From: an uncultured Gemmatimonadota bacterium
Lineage (GTDB): Bacteria > JAAXHH01
Assembly: GCA_951812955.1 (NCBI GenBank)
Contig: OX638340.1
Span: forward strand, 1,984,001 to 2,048,000
Direction of reading: 5' to 3'
DNA: 64,000 nucleotides
The notes beneath the pieces are model-generated. The model did not search any database and had not been told where the DNA came from. It saw only the letters and a program-made list of their open reading frames with translations. This document shows, in pieces, positions 9,235-19,182 of the stretch (position 1 is the stretch's first letter; every line of letters starts with the position of its first letter). A program made the position numbers and the translations under genes.

Positions 9235-10785
9235 TTACAGTGGAATGTTCCCGTGTTTCTTGGGTGGATTCGTATCTCGCTTGTTTTTCAGCATCTCCAG
9301 CGCGGAAATGATGCGGGGACGGGTCTCCTGGGGCTGAATCACTTCGTCGATGTATCCTATTTTCGCCGCGATGTAGGGATTGTCGAACTTCTCCCTGAAT
9401 TCGTCGGTCAGCGATTCCCGCAGGGCGTCGGGATCATCCGCCTCGGCAAGCTCCCTTCGGTATAGGACGTTCACCGAGGCTTCCGGACCCATGACGGCAA
9501 ACTGTCCGGATGGCCATGCGTAGTTGATGTCGGCGCGTATATGCTTGCTGTTCATCACGCAGTAGGCCCCGCCGTACGCCTTGCGCGTGACGACGGTGAT
9601 TCGTGGCACCGTGCTCTCGCAGAACGCGTAGAGCAGTTTTGCGCCTTCCTTGATGATGCCGCCGTGTTCCTGGCCGACGCCGGGGAGAAACCCGGGAACG
9701 TCTTCGAAAACGACCAGCGGAATATTAAAGGCGTCGCAAAAGCGCACGAACCGCGCGCCTTTGATCGACGCGTCGATGTCCAGCACCCCTGCGAGGGAAG
9801 CGGGCTGATTTGCGACGATGCCGGCGGTCCGGCCATTGAACCTGGCAAACCCCACGACGATATTGTCGGCGAATGCTCCATGCACTTCGAAGAAATCGCC
9901 GTGGTCCACCACTCGGTGGATCACGTCCTTGATGTCGTAGGGTTTGTTGGCGTCATCGGGTACGATGCCGGCGAGTTCCTCGTCCATGCGGTCCGGGTCG
10001 TCCGCAGGGCTCAGGCGAAGCGAGTCCTCCATGTTGTTTGAGGGCAGGTACGCCATGAGCTCCTTCACCATGGTCAGGCACGCGGGCTCGTCGGACGCGG
10101 AAAAGTGGGCGACGCCCGTCACGGAATTGTGAACGTGCGCACCGCCCAACTCGTCGAACGTCACCTCTTCGTGGGTCACCGCGCGGATGACGTCCGGACC
10201 GGTGATGAACATGTAACTGGTATCTTCCACCATGAAGACGAAGTCGGTCATCGCCGGCGAATAGACCGCGCCGCCCGCACAGGGTCCCATGATCACCGAA
10301 ATCTGCGGGATCACGCCGGAAGCCAGCACGTTGCGCAGGAAGATATCGGCATAGCCCGCGAGGCTGACCACCCCTTCCTGGATACGCGCGCCGCCGGAAT
10401 CCTTCAGACTGATCACCGGCGCCCCGTTCTTCATCGCCAGATCCATGAGCTTGCAGATCTTCTCCCCGTAGGCCTGGCCCAGCGAACCGCCGAACACCGT
10501 GAAGTCTTCCGACACGACGTAGACGGTCCGTCCGTCGATCGTCCCGTAGCCCGTGATCACGCCGTCGCCCAGGATTTCCTTGCCCTCCATGCCGAAATCA
10601 CGGCAGTCGTGCGTCACGAGGGCGCCGATCTCCTCGAAGCTGCCTTCGTCCAGGAGAAAGGCCACCCGTTCCCTGGCGGTCCATTTCCCCGCCTCGTGCT
10701 GCCGGGCGATGCGCTTCTGGCCGCCGCCTTCGGCCGCCTTTTTCCGTAGCGCGTCCAGGTGTTTCATTTTTTCGGACATGGACAT
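9235..10785 (-). CDS. Acyl-CoA carboxylase carboxyltransferase beta subunit (PccB/methylmalonyl-CoA carboxyltransferase family), about 517 aa
   Basis: KRIARQHEAGKWTARERV...GGSLG...GGARIQEG carboxyltransferase signature blocks. Start chosen at MSMSEKMKHL (10785); in-frame alternatives at 10779 and 10767. The ORF-track start at 11007 would overlap the upstream gene. Confidence 0.8.
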   Translation of the reverse strand: MSMSEKMKHLDALRKKAAEGGGQKRIARQHEAGKWTARERVAFLLDEGSFEEIGALVTHDCRDFGMEGKEILGDGVITGYGTIDGRTVYVVSEDFTVFGGSLGQAYGEKICKLMDLAMKNGAPVISLKDSGGARIQEGVVSLAGYADIFLRNVLASGVIPQISVIMGPCAGGAVYSPAMTDFVFMVEDTSYMFITGPDVIRAVTHEEVTFDELGGAHVHNSVTGVAHFSASDEPACLTMVKELMAYLPSNNMEDSLRLSPADDPDRMDEELAGIVPDDANKPYDIKDVIHRVVDHGDFFEVHGAFADNIVVGFARFNGRTAGIVANQPASLAGVLDIDASIKGARFVRFCDAFNIPLVVFEDVPGFLPGVGQEHGGIIKEGAKLLYAFCESTVPRITVVTRKAYGGAYCVMNSKHIRADINYAWPSGQFAVMGPEASVNVLYRRELAEADDPDALRESLTDEFREKFDNPYIAAKIGYIDEVIQPQETRPRIISALEMLKNKRDTNPPKKHGNIPL

Positions 10786-10895
10786 GGAATGCGATGCTCC
10801 TGCCGGGCGTGCGATTCTCCTACCGGGCACGTGCATTCGAATCACGGGGAACGCCAGCGCCTGGCCCGACTTATGCTTTTCTACGTCGTATACCA

Positions 10896-11789
10896 CTATA
10901 CTACGTCGAAATCCAGTGCCTCCAGGCCGGCTCGAAGCCGGTCTTCCCCTTCCCCGGTCAGCCGGGCAGTTGGCGGGCGCGGCGGCCCGACAGGTATTCC
11001 GCGCCATTCGAGCATCTTCTTGATTCCGGCCAGGACACCCACCGAGATCAGCAGCGCGATGACCCGGTTGGCCTGGACCTGCAATGCCATGGCCTCCTGG
11101 ATGCGTCCGTTTCGAAAAGCGTCATGCATACTCAGGAACATCCGGGGCATGATGTTGTACGTGGAACCGATGGCCCCGTCGCTGCCCATCACGAATCCCG
11201 CCACGCACATCTCGTCCGGCCCCGTGATGGCGTTCAGTCCACCGCCAGACAGGTCGACGAGTTGCTGGAAGACGAAGAAATTCGGGTCCGTGAACTTGAT
11301 GCCGGCGAAGTTGGGCACCGCGTCCATGGCCTCCAGGAACTGCGCGGGCGTTACCTGCCCGTCGACGTCGCGCGCGAGCCAGTAGACGTAGAATGGGACC
11401 GTGGACGCCGCACCGATGGCGGCGTAGTGCCGCACGGCCGCCGACAGGTCGTTAGGCTGATCCGCGGGTGCGACCGATGCGACCGCGTCCGCGCCCAGCG
11501 AGTCCGCTTCCGAGGCAAGGGTGACGGCGTCCTCCGTGGTCGTGCCCCCCACGTGAAATACCACCGGGACCTGGCCCGCGACGTCGCGGGCCACGATCTC
11601 GCACATGGTGCGCCGTTCCGGGACCGACATCTGTCGGCCCTCGCCCGTTCCGCCGGTGATGAAGAAACCATCGCTTCCGGCGTCCACCAGGTGGCGTACG
11701 AGGGGCGCCACCCGATCGGTCGAAAGGGCGAGCCCGTCATCGAAAGGGGTGCAGAGGGCCGGCCAGATGCCTTGGACCAGTTTGGACAT
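10896..11789 (-). CDS. DapA/N-acetylneuraminate-lyase family class I aldolase (dihydrodipicolinate synthase family), about 297 aa
   Basis: ALCTPF...GSDGFFITGGTGEG...Schiff-base lysine region (GIKFTDPNF). Start taken at MSKLVQ; the upstream 16 codons are a likely extension. Confidence 0.75.
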   Translation of the reverse strand: MSKLVQGIWPALCTPFDDGLALSTDRVAPLVRHLVDAGSDGFFITGGTGEGRQMSVPERRTMCEIVARDVAGQVPVVFHVGGTTTEDAVTLASEADSLGADAVASVAPADQPNDLSAAVRHYAAIGAASTVPFYVYWLARDVDGQVTPAQFLEAMDAVPNFAGIKFTDPNFFVFQQLVDLSGGGLNAITGPDEMCVAGFVMGSDGAIGSTYNIMPRMFLSMHDAFRNGRIQEAMALQVQANRVIALLISVGVLAGIKKMLEWRGIPVGPPRPPTARLTGEGEDRLRAGLEALDFDVV

Positions 11790-12115
11790 AGCTGCATTCC
11801 GAGTGAAATAACGGGCGAAATGGAAAATACGAAGCATGCGGGTTCGAAGCTGGTTACTTCCTTGCTTCCACCCGTGTGTTCACGGAATTACGAATCTTCA
11901 GAATGCCGGAAAATAAAGTGATTCGGTATCAACGTCAAGGGTTCTCGAATGTGAACAACATCCGGGGATTCGACGGAGACACATCGATCTCGAACCTGTC
12001 CGGACTACGGTATTATTGGTCGTTAAGGAGAATCAGCGAAACCGCCTATGTGGGGCTGCAGGCGGGTAACGGATGGAGGCTGTTATTGGTCAAGCCGGTC
12101 CGGCAGCGGCGACGA

Positions 12116-13288
12116 TTACCACTCGCCGGACCGTTCATCGTGTGCGTGGTCTGGCAACAGGTACGTCAAGCCGGCTTCGTCGTACGCCGACGCTACGAGA
12201 AGCGTCGCAAAATCCGAAAGGGCCGCGGAGTCATTCCTTCGTAACTGCGATCTCAATTTCTGTATACGCTTGTCTATCCGGTACAGCAACAGCGGGAAGG
12301 GGAATCTGTTCGTGGGAAACCTGAGTTGGTCGGCGAGTTCGTTCCCTATGAGGCCGCGGGAAACAGGATATATGATTTTGTTTACCAGCTTTTTCCTTTC
12401 TTCCTTGTCCTCAATGCCAGCGACCAGCGGGGCTGAGTTGATCAGCGCATTTGCCATGATGATCGCCTCTGGCGTGGGAGGAGGCTCACTCAGAGAACCG
12501 ATCCGGTACATATGCAGGGCGTGGACTTCGTCGGTATAGAGGATGGTTTCGGGGATACCCATGAGGTAACCGGAGTAGCGCCATACGTCGTGGAAACCGG
12601 CTCGCTCCTCCTTGCTGTAACGAGCCCCCAGCGCCTGCGAGTGTTTGACGGTGCGCGCAGAGAAACAGGCGACGGCATAGCCCAGATGCGCGGCGCTTAG
12701 CGGCACCCCCCATGCGTCATGCTGCCATTCTTCAGTCTTTCCCAGCAGCAACCGAACCTGAGCGTGTATAATCCGGATACGGACAGATAGCTTCCACCCG
12801 TCGCCCTTGCGGTCCAGTCCACCAGGCCAGAATATCTCCATCTGATGACGGTTGTTTTGCTTCAGCCGCCGGACGCCATTGTCGAATATACGCCCGGTTT
12901 GCACGAAGGACTTGCTGATCAGCGTCGAAAAACCGTCTACCAGTACACCAGTGACGAAAGCCGAAAGGATGGCGACCGAGTTCTTTTGGAATGCGCGGAC
13001 GCCCGGTCCGAACGCGTCGCGATCGAGCCAGTCCGGATCGGGTTGCGGCGCGTCGGCAAAAAAATCGCGCAACGATTTCGGCGCGTCCCTCAACCCGTTT
13101 CGGTCTTCCTCCATTCCAGCGTGAATGAACTGGTGCACCTTCTGCTGAGGCAGCGACTCCAGATCTGCCACTATCGTGTCCATGACGGGGTCGCCGACCC
13201 AGGTGTGGGCAATGTAGTTGTCCGCAGCCGCCTGGTCGACCAATCGAGCCTTTTCGTAACCAGGTTTGTAATCAGATGGTATCTTCAT
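12116..13288 (-). CDS. MpaB/DUF2236-family putative oxygenase, 390 aa
   Basis: Overall resemblance to ER-bound oxygenase MpaB/DUF2236 proteins (HxxxE-containing helical domain). No closer assignment possible. Confidence 0.45.
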   Translation of the reverse strand: MKIPSDYKPGYEKARLVDQAAADNYIAHTWVGDPVMDTIVADLESLPQQKVHQFIHAGMEEDRNGLRDAPKSLRDFFADAPQPDPDWLDRDAFGPGVRAFQKNSVAILSAFVTGVLVDGFSTLISKSFVQTGRIFDNGVRRLKQNNRHQMEIFWPGGLDRKGDGWKLSVRIRIIHAQVRLLLGKTEEWQHDAWGVPLSAAHLGYAVACFSARTVKHSQALGARYSKEERAGFHDVWRYSGYLMGIPETILYTDEVHALHMYRIGSLSEPPPTPEAIIMANALINSAPLVAGIEDKEERKKLVNKIIYPVSRGLIGNELADQLRFPTNRFPFPLLLYRIDKRIQKLRSQLRRNDSAALSDFATLLVASAYDEAGLTYLLPDHAHDERSGEW

Positions 13289-13357
13289 AAGAAGGCAATC
13301 AATCAGGACAGGATGTTTCGTGCAGGTTATTGTTCCGAGATGGATTCCGGTCCACGC

Positions 13358-14644
13358 CTAGAAGTGGTAATCCAGGCTGAATTGAACGAAGCCGTCCCGG
13401 CGTAAGTCATAGTAGAGATCCGACGCATCGATATTTGTTATCGCGACCGACTCCAGGTTCACGGACCACGTGTCCGTCAGGCGGCGCGCCAATTCCAGTC
13501 CGTAAATGCGCTGACTTCGATCCAAATCATGCAGCACACTTGCCGTCACCTCCGTGCCCTGGACGTCGTTCAACATGAACCGCAGGGCGGCGAAGAGGTC
13601 GTTTTCGTAGAAATTGGTCGCTCGGCGGCCGCGCCCGTCACGGTCCCATTCGACGAATAAGGTAAGGTCGGAGTCCGAACCCAACAAGGAAAACAACGAG
13701 TATTCGCCGCCTACTACAAAGGCGTTGTAGTCCTCTTCCGTGCTCAGCAGGTTGCGTGCGCCGGTCCGTCGAATCGCCTCGAGCTTAAGGAGAAGGGAAC
13801 CGGTAGTCCACTGCGCGTCCACACCGAACTGGCGGATCCGTTCATACGTCGGATACAACGCAGGCGGACCAGGCGGACTCGACTGACCAGGCTGACCACC
13901 GCAATCCAGACAAAGACCCAGGGTCGGATCGCGGGCCGTGCCGTCGAAGACACTGACGCCGAAGTCCATCAGGCCAAGGGTATGACTGTATCGCGCGGCA
14001 AAATCCGGGTGCCATTTGCCGGACGATCCTTCGTATTCCACCCGCTCATCGTCGACGATGAGCGATGCGCGCAACCGTCCCTTGCTCCCCGGGAATGTGC
14101 GAGCCCGATGATAGGTCATTCCCAGCAATTCAAGCACGCCCCAGTTCGAAGACCAGGTTACGTAGGCCATCGGTTGCCCCATCCGGGTTTTTTCATCGGG
14201 ATGTTCGACCAGGTCGATCTGGTTGACGATATCCACCAGGTGGCGGGATTCCACGACACCCCAGAAAACGCGGTCTATTCCCAGCCGCAGTTCCCATTCC
14301 CCATTTCCGAGTGCACCGGTTAACAGGATGTAGGCCTCCCGCAGATCGAAATGGGTACGACGGGCATCGGCGCTGTCGTACCTGAAGAAGGGCGTAATGG
14401 AAAGTACCCGGCCCGCTTCGTCCTCGAGATAAAGGTTGGGAATCGCAACGAAACCGCTCGCGTTGGAACCCTGGTCCGGGAAGAGGGCTGGCTGGGGAAA
14501 CCACCTGCTCTCCGCGCTCAGCCGGCCCGTAAAATCGATTTCGGCGATTGCGGCCTGGGCACGAGAGGAAACCGTGTATACCGAAACTCCGATCAAACAG
14601 ACACCGAAACACAGCAGGCGAACCGTGATCCGTGACGGCATCAC
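13358..14644 (-). CDS. Outer-membrane beta-barrel protein of unknown function (DUF1302-like partner of RND exporters), 428 aa
   Basis: N-terminal signal peptide (LCFGVCLIGVSVYTVSSRAQA). Alternating beta-strand pattern and C-terminal aromatic residue (…LDYHF). ATGA overlap with the upstream LolA-like gene. Confidence 0.55.
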   Translation of the reverse strand: MMPSRITVRLLCFGVCLIGVSVYTVSSRAQAAIAEIDFTGRLSAESRWFPQPALFPDQGSNASGFVAIPNLYLEDEAGRVLSITPFFRYDSADARRTHFDLREAYILLTGALGNGEWELRLGIDRVFWGVVESRHLVDIVNQIDLVEHPDEKTRMGQPMAYVTWSSNWGVLELLGMTYHRARTFPGSKGRLRASLIVDDERVEYEGSSGKWHPDFAARYSHTLGLMDFGVSVFDGTARDPTLGLCLDCGGQPGQSSPPGPPALYPTYERIRQFGVDAQWTTGSLLLKLEAIRRTGARNLLSTEEDYNAFVVGGEYSLFSLLGSDSDLTLFVEWDRDGRGRRATNFYENDLFAALRFMLNDVQGTEVTASVLHDLDRSQRIYGLELARRLTDTWSVNLESVAITNIDASDLYYDLRRDGFVQFSLDYHF

Positions 14645-15477
14645 CGCACCCGCCTCAGGCCGGTCCGGGTAAAGTCTCGTTCATCGATGTCGGTCCGGAA
14701 CTGGTAATCCGTCCATACCAGGTCGGTACTCTTCCCCGTCAGGTGGTTTACCATGACCATCTTTCCGGCTCGCCAGTAGCTTTCCAGGTATTGTTGGTAT
14801 TCGCCCAATGTAAGCGTCTTGAGATGGGCGTCTTTGCGGTCGAAGTACTCCACCTTCCAAACCCGAAGCTCAGCCTTGTCGCGCCAGACCACCTGGCGGC
14901 GGTAGACCGATCCTTTTTCCACCGGCACGCGTTCGGTTACCACGCAGTCCAGACCGTCGCCGCAGGGTTCGTCACGCAGATACCTGTAGGTGAACTTTTC
15001 CACTTCCTGGACAGTCATGTCCTCGTAGGTAAACTCGCTTCCCATGAAGGATCCCGATCGGTTGGACGAACTGATGCGCTTGACGCGCTTCAAGGCCGGC
15101 AGGTAGAGCCATTGATCGTCCGACCGGTCCTTGTGGCCGTGTATGAGTAGCGCGGTGCCCCTGGCGTCACGCGGCTGGTCGAAGACGAAGAGACTCATGT
15201 TGCCGTCGTTTTCCGCCTCGAGCACTTTTACGCGCACTTCGCGGAGGCTTTCCTGGCCTTTCTTGTTGCGCAGAACCATGCTCATGCCGGCCGCGAAATT
15301 CCCGAAACCTTCGTCCTGCTTCCGGGCGTCGCGGGCAATCTGCAGCCCCTTTTCTTCCTCCTGGTCGGCGGCCGATGCCTCCAGTAGCGGCATGCCTGGT
15401 AATACGAACATCGCCAGGAGGGTGAATCGGGCGGCGCGCAGTCCGCGCACCGGCCGCAATAGTCTATCAAATATCAT
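14641..15477 (-). CDS. LolA-fold outer-membrane lipoprotein-sorting-like periplasmic protein (DUF1329-like), about 278 aa
   Basis: Signal peptide (LLAMFVLPGMPLLEASA) and a LolA-like beta-rich profile. Start taken at MIFDRLL (15477), which gives an ATGA overlap with the RND gene stop. The ORF-track start at 15645 would overlap the RND gene by 170 nt. Confidence 0.55.
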   Translation of the reverse strand: MIFDRLLRPVRGLRAARFTLLAMFVLPGMPLLEASAADQEEEKGLQIARDARKQDEGFGNFAAGMSMVLRNKKGQESLREVRVKVLEAENDGNMSLFVFDQPRDARGTALLIHGHKDRSDDQWLYLPALKRVKRISSSNRSGSFMGSEFTYEDMTVQEVEKFTYRYLRDEPCGDGLDCVVTERVPVEKGSVYRRQVVWRDKAELRVWKVEYFDRKDAHLKTLTLGEYQQYLESYWRAGKMVMVNHLTGKSTDLVWTDYQFRTDIDERDFTRTGLRRVR

Positions 15478-17759
15478 GGTTTTCTCCTGTCGAGCGCCAT
15501 AAGCAGCGGAGGAAGAAGCAGAAAATCGGCTATGATCGCAAATGCGATGGTAATGGTCACCAGCAGTCCGAGGGCCCATGACACCTGGAATCCCGACCCC
15601 GCGAAGGCCAGGAAGCCCGCGGAAAGGACCAGTGTCGTGGTCCACAGCGCCTTCCCCACGGATCGGAAGGTAACACGCACCGCTTCTTCCGCCGACAGAC
15701 CTTCCTCTTTGCGCGCCTTGAGGTACCTGCTGAGAAAGTGGATCGTATCGTCCACGACGATGCCGAATGCGACGACGATGACCACCGATGAGGCGATGCC
15801 CACTTCGCCGACCAGGTGTCCCCAGAGCCCAAAGCTCATGGCTGCCGGTACGAAATTGGGCAGCAGACTGATGAGACCGAACCGGATACTCTTGAAGACC
15901 ACGACCAGGATGATCGATATGAACGCCATGGCGACCACCGTTCCGCGCAGCATCGATTCGATATTGCGCTGGGAGATATGGGCGAACACCACATTGAGTC
16001 CGGTGGCTTCGGTGGCAAGGGCCGGGGCGTTTTCGCGGAGCCAGGCCTCCCCCCGACTGGCCAGGTCCTGCAGATCCTGACTCGACCGGCCGCGAATCAC
16101 GACCGTCATGCGCGTTGCGGACCTGGAAACATCGATCCGGTCGTTCAGGTCGCTGCCGAAGGGCAGAGACAATTCGTAGAGCAGCAGGTACTGCGAGGCA
16201 AGATCCTGTGCTTCGGGAATACGGAAGAAGGCCGGATCGTCTCCGTGCATGTTCTTGTTCAACCGTTTCATGATGTCCGAGAAGGCCTGCACGTGGCCCA
16301 CTTCAGGCTGACCCCGGTTCCATTCCGCGAAAGCCTCCACCTGACGGAGGTAATCAGGATCGGTGATCCCGCCTTCTTCCTCCGCGGCCAACGTATACTC
16401 GAAGGACAGCAATCCGGTCAGGTTTTCCATGACGAAATCCGTATCCCGCCGGAACTCGTAGCGTTCATCGAAGTAGTCCGGCCAACTGTCGGTCAGGTGG
16501 TTCCTGGGCACGCCGGTGATCAGGACGACTGTCAACAGCCCTACGGACCAAAGCAGCGGTTTTCGCCGAGAAACGACGAAATCACCCAGGCGATCGAAGA
16601 AGACAGGTTGCCGGGAACCAGCGGCACGGGCCCGCAGCGGAAGGACCGAAAGCAGCGCAGGAAGGAGCGTCATGGCGTAGACGTAGGTGATCATCACCCC
16701 GAAGGCCACGAAATTGCCGAGAATGTGAAACGGTGGCGAATCAGAGAAGTTCAGGCTGAGAAAACCGATCGCGGTGGTGATCGAGGCCAGGAACACCGGG
16801 TAGGCATTTGTTCTAATGGATTTCGCGACCGCCTCGTTCCGTTCCGCTCCGTCTCTAATCCCCGTCAGTGTATGCGTGATGATGTGTACCGCCTGGGCGA
16901 CGGAAATCGCCATGACAATAATGGGCACCCCTGAATTTACCGGACTGAAAACCGTATGGAACCAACCGGCGAACCCCATGGTCGTCGAGATCACGAAGCC
17001 TATCATGACGATGATGATGCCTGTTCCCAGAAAGGATCTCAGGAGTAAGGTCGAGGTGATCAGGATGAGGACGAAAACGATGGGCAGCAGGGTTTCAAGG
17101 TCGTCTTGGGTGGCATCGGCGAAGGCCCGGTTCATGACCACGTCGCCCGTCAGGTAGAAATCAACGTCGGGAGCGTCCACCCGTGCATCCTCCAGCATGA
17201 TGTCCAGGTAATCGGTGAGCTCCTTGACCGCCAGGTCCGGATCATCGCCCATTACGAAGTTGATCGCCAGTCCGGCCACCCGTCCGTCAGGAGAAACGAG
17301 TCGCCCCACCACTTCCTGGGAACCCAGCGCGATCGACTCGATTCGAACCAGGTCGGTATCGCTCAGCGACGCGGCGTCTTCAACAAGCGGTCCGACGATG
17401 AGATCATCTTCCATCGCCTCGCTGTGGAAGTAATTCGTGAGGGAATTTACCCGGGTGGAATATGGAGCGAGCCAGGCGGCTTCGGTAAGCGCTTCGACGA
17501 CACCCAGCGCATCGCGGGTGAAGACGGAACCGGTCCGGGGCGCGATGGCGACCAGGGCGGTATTGGAGGCAGCGTAGGTGTCCTCCAGCGCGTCGAAGGC
17601 GGCGAGTTGCGGATTGTCCTCGCCGAACATGACGCGATGTTCGTTGGAGACGGTTATGAAACGGCTACCGGCCGCCATGGCGAGCATGAATGCCAGCGAG
17701 AATACAATCACCAACCATCGGTGACGGAGTACCACGACGGTGTAACGGTCGAGATTCAA
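15474..17759 (-). CDS. RND superfamily exporter, MMPL/HpnN-like with sterol-sensing-domain-like 12-TM core, 761 aa
   Basis: Two 6-TM bundles each followed by large periplasmic loops. Length and conserved blocks are typical of MMPL/HpnN-type RND transporters. Confidence 0.8.
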   Translation of the reverse strand: MNLDRYTVVVLRHRWLVIVFSLAFMLAMAAGSRFITVSNEHRVMFGEDNPQLAAFDALEDTYAASNTALVAIAPRTGSVFTRDALGVVEALTEAAWLAPYSTRVNSLTNYFHSEAMEDDLIVGPLVEDAASLSDTDLVRIESIALGSQEVVGRLVSPDGRVAGLAINFVMGDDPDLAVKELTDYLDIMLEDARVDAPDVDFYLTGDVVMNRAFADATQDDLETLLPIVFVLILITSTLLLRSFLGTGIIIVMIGFVISTTMGFAGWFHTVFSPVNSGVPIIVMAISVAQAVHIITHTLTGIRDGAERNEAVAKSIRTNAYPVFLASITTAIGFLSLNFSDSPPFHILGNFVAFGVMITYVYAMTLLPALLSVLPLRARAAGSRQPVFFDRLGDFVVSRRKPLLWSVGLLTVVLITGVPRNHLTDSWPDYFDERYEFRRDTDFVMENLTGLLSFEYTLAAEEEGGITDPDYLRQVEAFAEWNRGQPEVGHVQAFSDIMKRLNKNMHGDDPAFFRIPEAQDLASQYLLLYELSLPFGSDLNDRIDVSRSATRMTVVIRGRSSQDLQDLASRGEAWLRENAPALATEATGLNVVFAHISQRNIESMLRGTVVAMAFISIILVVVFKSIRFGLISLLPNFVPAAMSFGLWGHLVGEVGIASSVVIVVAFGIVVDDTIHFLSRYLKARKEEGLSAEEAVRVTFRSVGKALWTTTLVLSAGFLAFAGSGFQVSWALGLLVTITIAFAIIADFLLLPPLLMALDRRKP

Positions 17760-18472
17760 AAATGCGGCCCCTCTGTTTTATTCGTCCTTCGCAATGGTAA
17801 TTTAGTTCATACTAACGTAATATACACCACTGTATTGTCAAGATTTCAGATTTAAATCGAGTTTATTCCTAAATTCCCGACTAATACATTATGGCGTTTG
17901 TATCGCCTTTATTTTCGCCAATCACTGCACACGTGTACATTCAGAATTTAACTGGAAGCGCATCTCGGGTCAATATTAACCAGCTATACGGCTGATCTGA
18001 ATGTACGACTGATCGGTGCGAACGGTGTGGTGGGCTTTCACCATGCACAATACTGGTCCAGGTTGCACCGTAATTAAACTAGTAACCGGTCTGCCCCGAC
18101 GAGGCGCCACGGGGCCGTTACCGGTTTGCACTGCGAAGATAAAGCAGCACCGGAGTTCCGGTCTGCTCTTCGATGCATTTAGGCGTGTACCATCTACCGC
18201 CTCAAAAAGTACAGATTGAACGCTGTTGTGTCCGCGTCGGCCGTGAATGGAACAGGGTTCGATCCCAATATCCCGTCAAGTCGAGTCAACCATCGGCCAT
18301 TGTATCCTTGAGCTGGCGGAGCGGCAACCAGGTTGTCCATTCGCAGGCTCAGGATAGCGGAGTTCTCTTCCCCGGAGATCCCGGGAATACATCCGTGATG
18401 GATACATCAGACGCGCCTGATCGGCCCTGTGCGTTCAGGCGCCTTCAGTGGAAAGGCAGCTACTTTGAAACC

Positions 18473-19180
18473 ATGAACACGCAATCAAAAAGCCCAGGAG
18501 ACGTCAATCTGATACACGCCTGCCTTGAGGGTCGATCAGATGCGCAGAGTCAACTCTACAATCTTTACTTCACACAGGACAAGCCTGTTCACTTCTGGGT
18601 ATACCAGAAAGCATACTGGATTCCAGCAGGTGAAAAGGAGGATATCCTGAATGATATCTACATCGCGGTCATTCAAAGCCTGCCCCAGTTCGAATTTCGC
18701 AGTGCATTGGGCACCTATATTACCCGCATTGCAAAGATCAAGTGCCTGGACGCAATGCCTTCTCGGCTAGGCGTCGCCCGGGGGAAGGGGATCAAGTTCG
18801 TCGATATCGACTGGTTCGCATCGAACAACGAGTCAGGGTTTCAGATCGAAGACACGGATCCCAACAACAGACCGGACCGGTATTTGAGACAAAGGGAAGA
18901 AGAAGAACTGGTTTTCCTGTTGCATACGGCCCTGAAGTACTTTACGGGACAGCGATGCAGGAATGTCCTCTACATGTACGTCAAAGAACTCAGAGGCGAA
19001 ATGAGCAGGGAGGACATTGCGGAATCGCTCGGAGTACCGGTTAAACGCATGGGACAGATGATCTACGACTGCATGTATCGGCTTCGCCGTAAGGTACAAA
19101 GTAGATTTCGAGATTACGAACATTTTGCCAATTGCGTATGTGAAGGTATTCAACGTCCCAAACCCAATAACAAGGAGTAG
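18473..19180 (+). CDS. ECF-type (sigma70 family) RNA polymerase sigma factor, about 235 aa, in a low-GC islet
   Basis: Region 2 (ILNDIYIAVIQSLPQFEFRSALGTYITRIAKIKCLDAMP) and region 4 HTH (MSREDIAESLGVPVKRMGQMIYDCMYRLRRK). Alternative upstream starts at 18407 or 18173. GC about 48% versus about 65% in the flanks. Confidence 0.7.
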   Translation: MNTQSKSPGDVNLIHACLEGRSDAQSQLYNLYFTQDKPVHFWVYQKAYWIPAGEKEDILNDIYIAVIQSLPQFEFRSALGTYITRIAKIKCLDAMPSRLGVARGKGIKFVDIDWFASNNESGFQIEDTDPNNRPDRYLRQREEEELVFLLHTALKYFTGQRCRNVLYMYVKELRGEMSREDIAESLGVPVKRMGQMIYDCMYRLRRKVQSRFRDYEHFANCVCEGIQRPKPNNKE

Positions 19181-19182
19181 CC

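Noticed and set aside
10794-11921. 375-aa ORF on the plus strand overlapping the DapA-family gene
   Set aside because: Antisense to a confidently assigned gene. Arg/Pro/Gly-rich, low-complexity translation typical of spurious antisense ORFs in high-GC DNA. No family resemblance.
15478-15645. N-terminal extension of the LolA-like ORF (MDHDTGPFRGLPG...)
   Set aside because: It would overlap the RND gene by 170 nt. The internal ATG at 15477 gives a clean ATGA stop/start overlap followed by a signal peptide.
15816-16934. 372-aa plus-strand ORF antisense to the RND transporter gene
   Set aside because: Lies entirely within the RND gene on the opposite strand. Composition-driven ORF.
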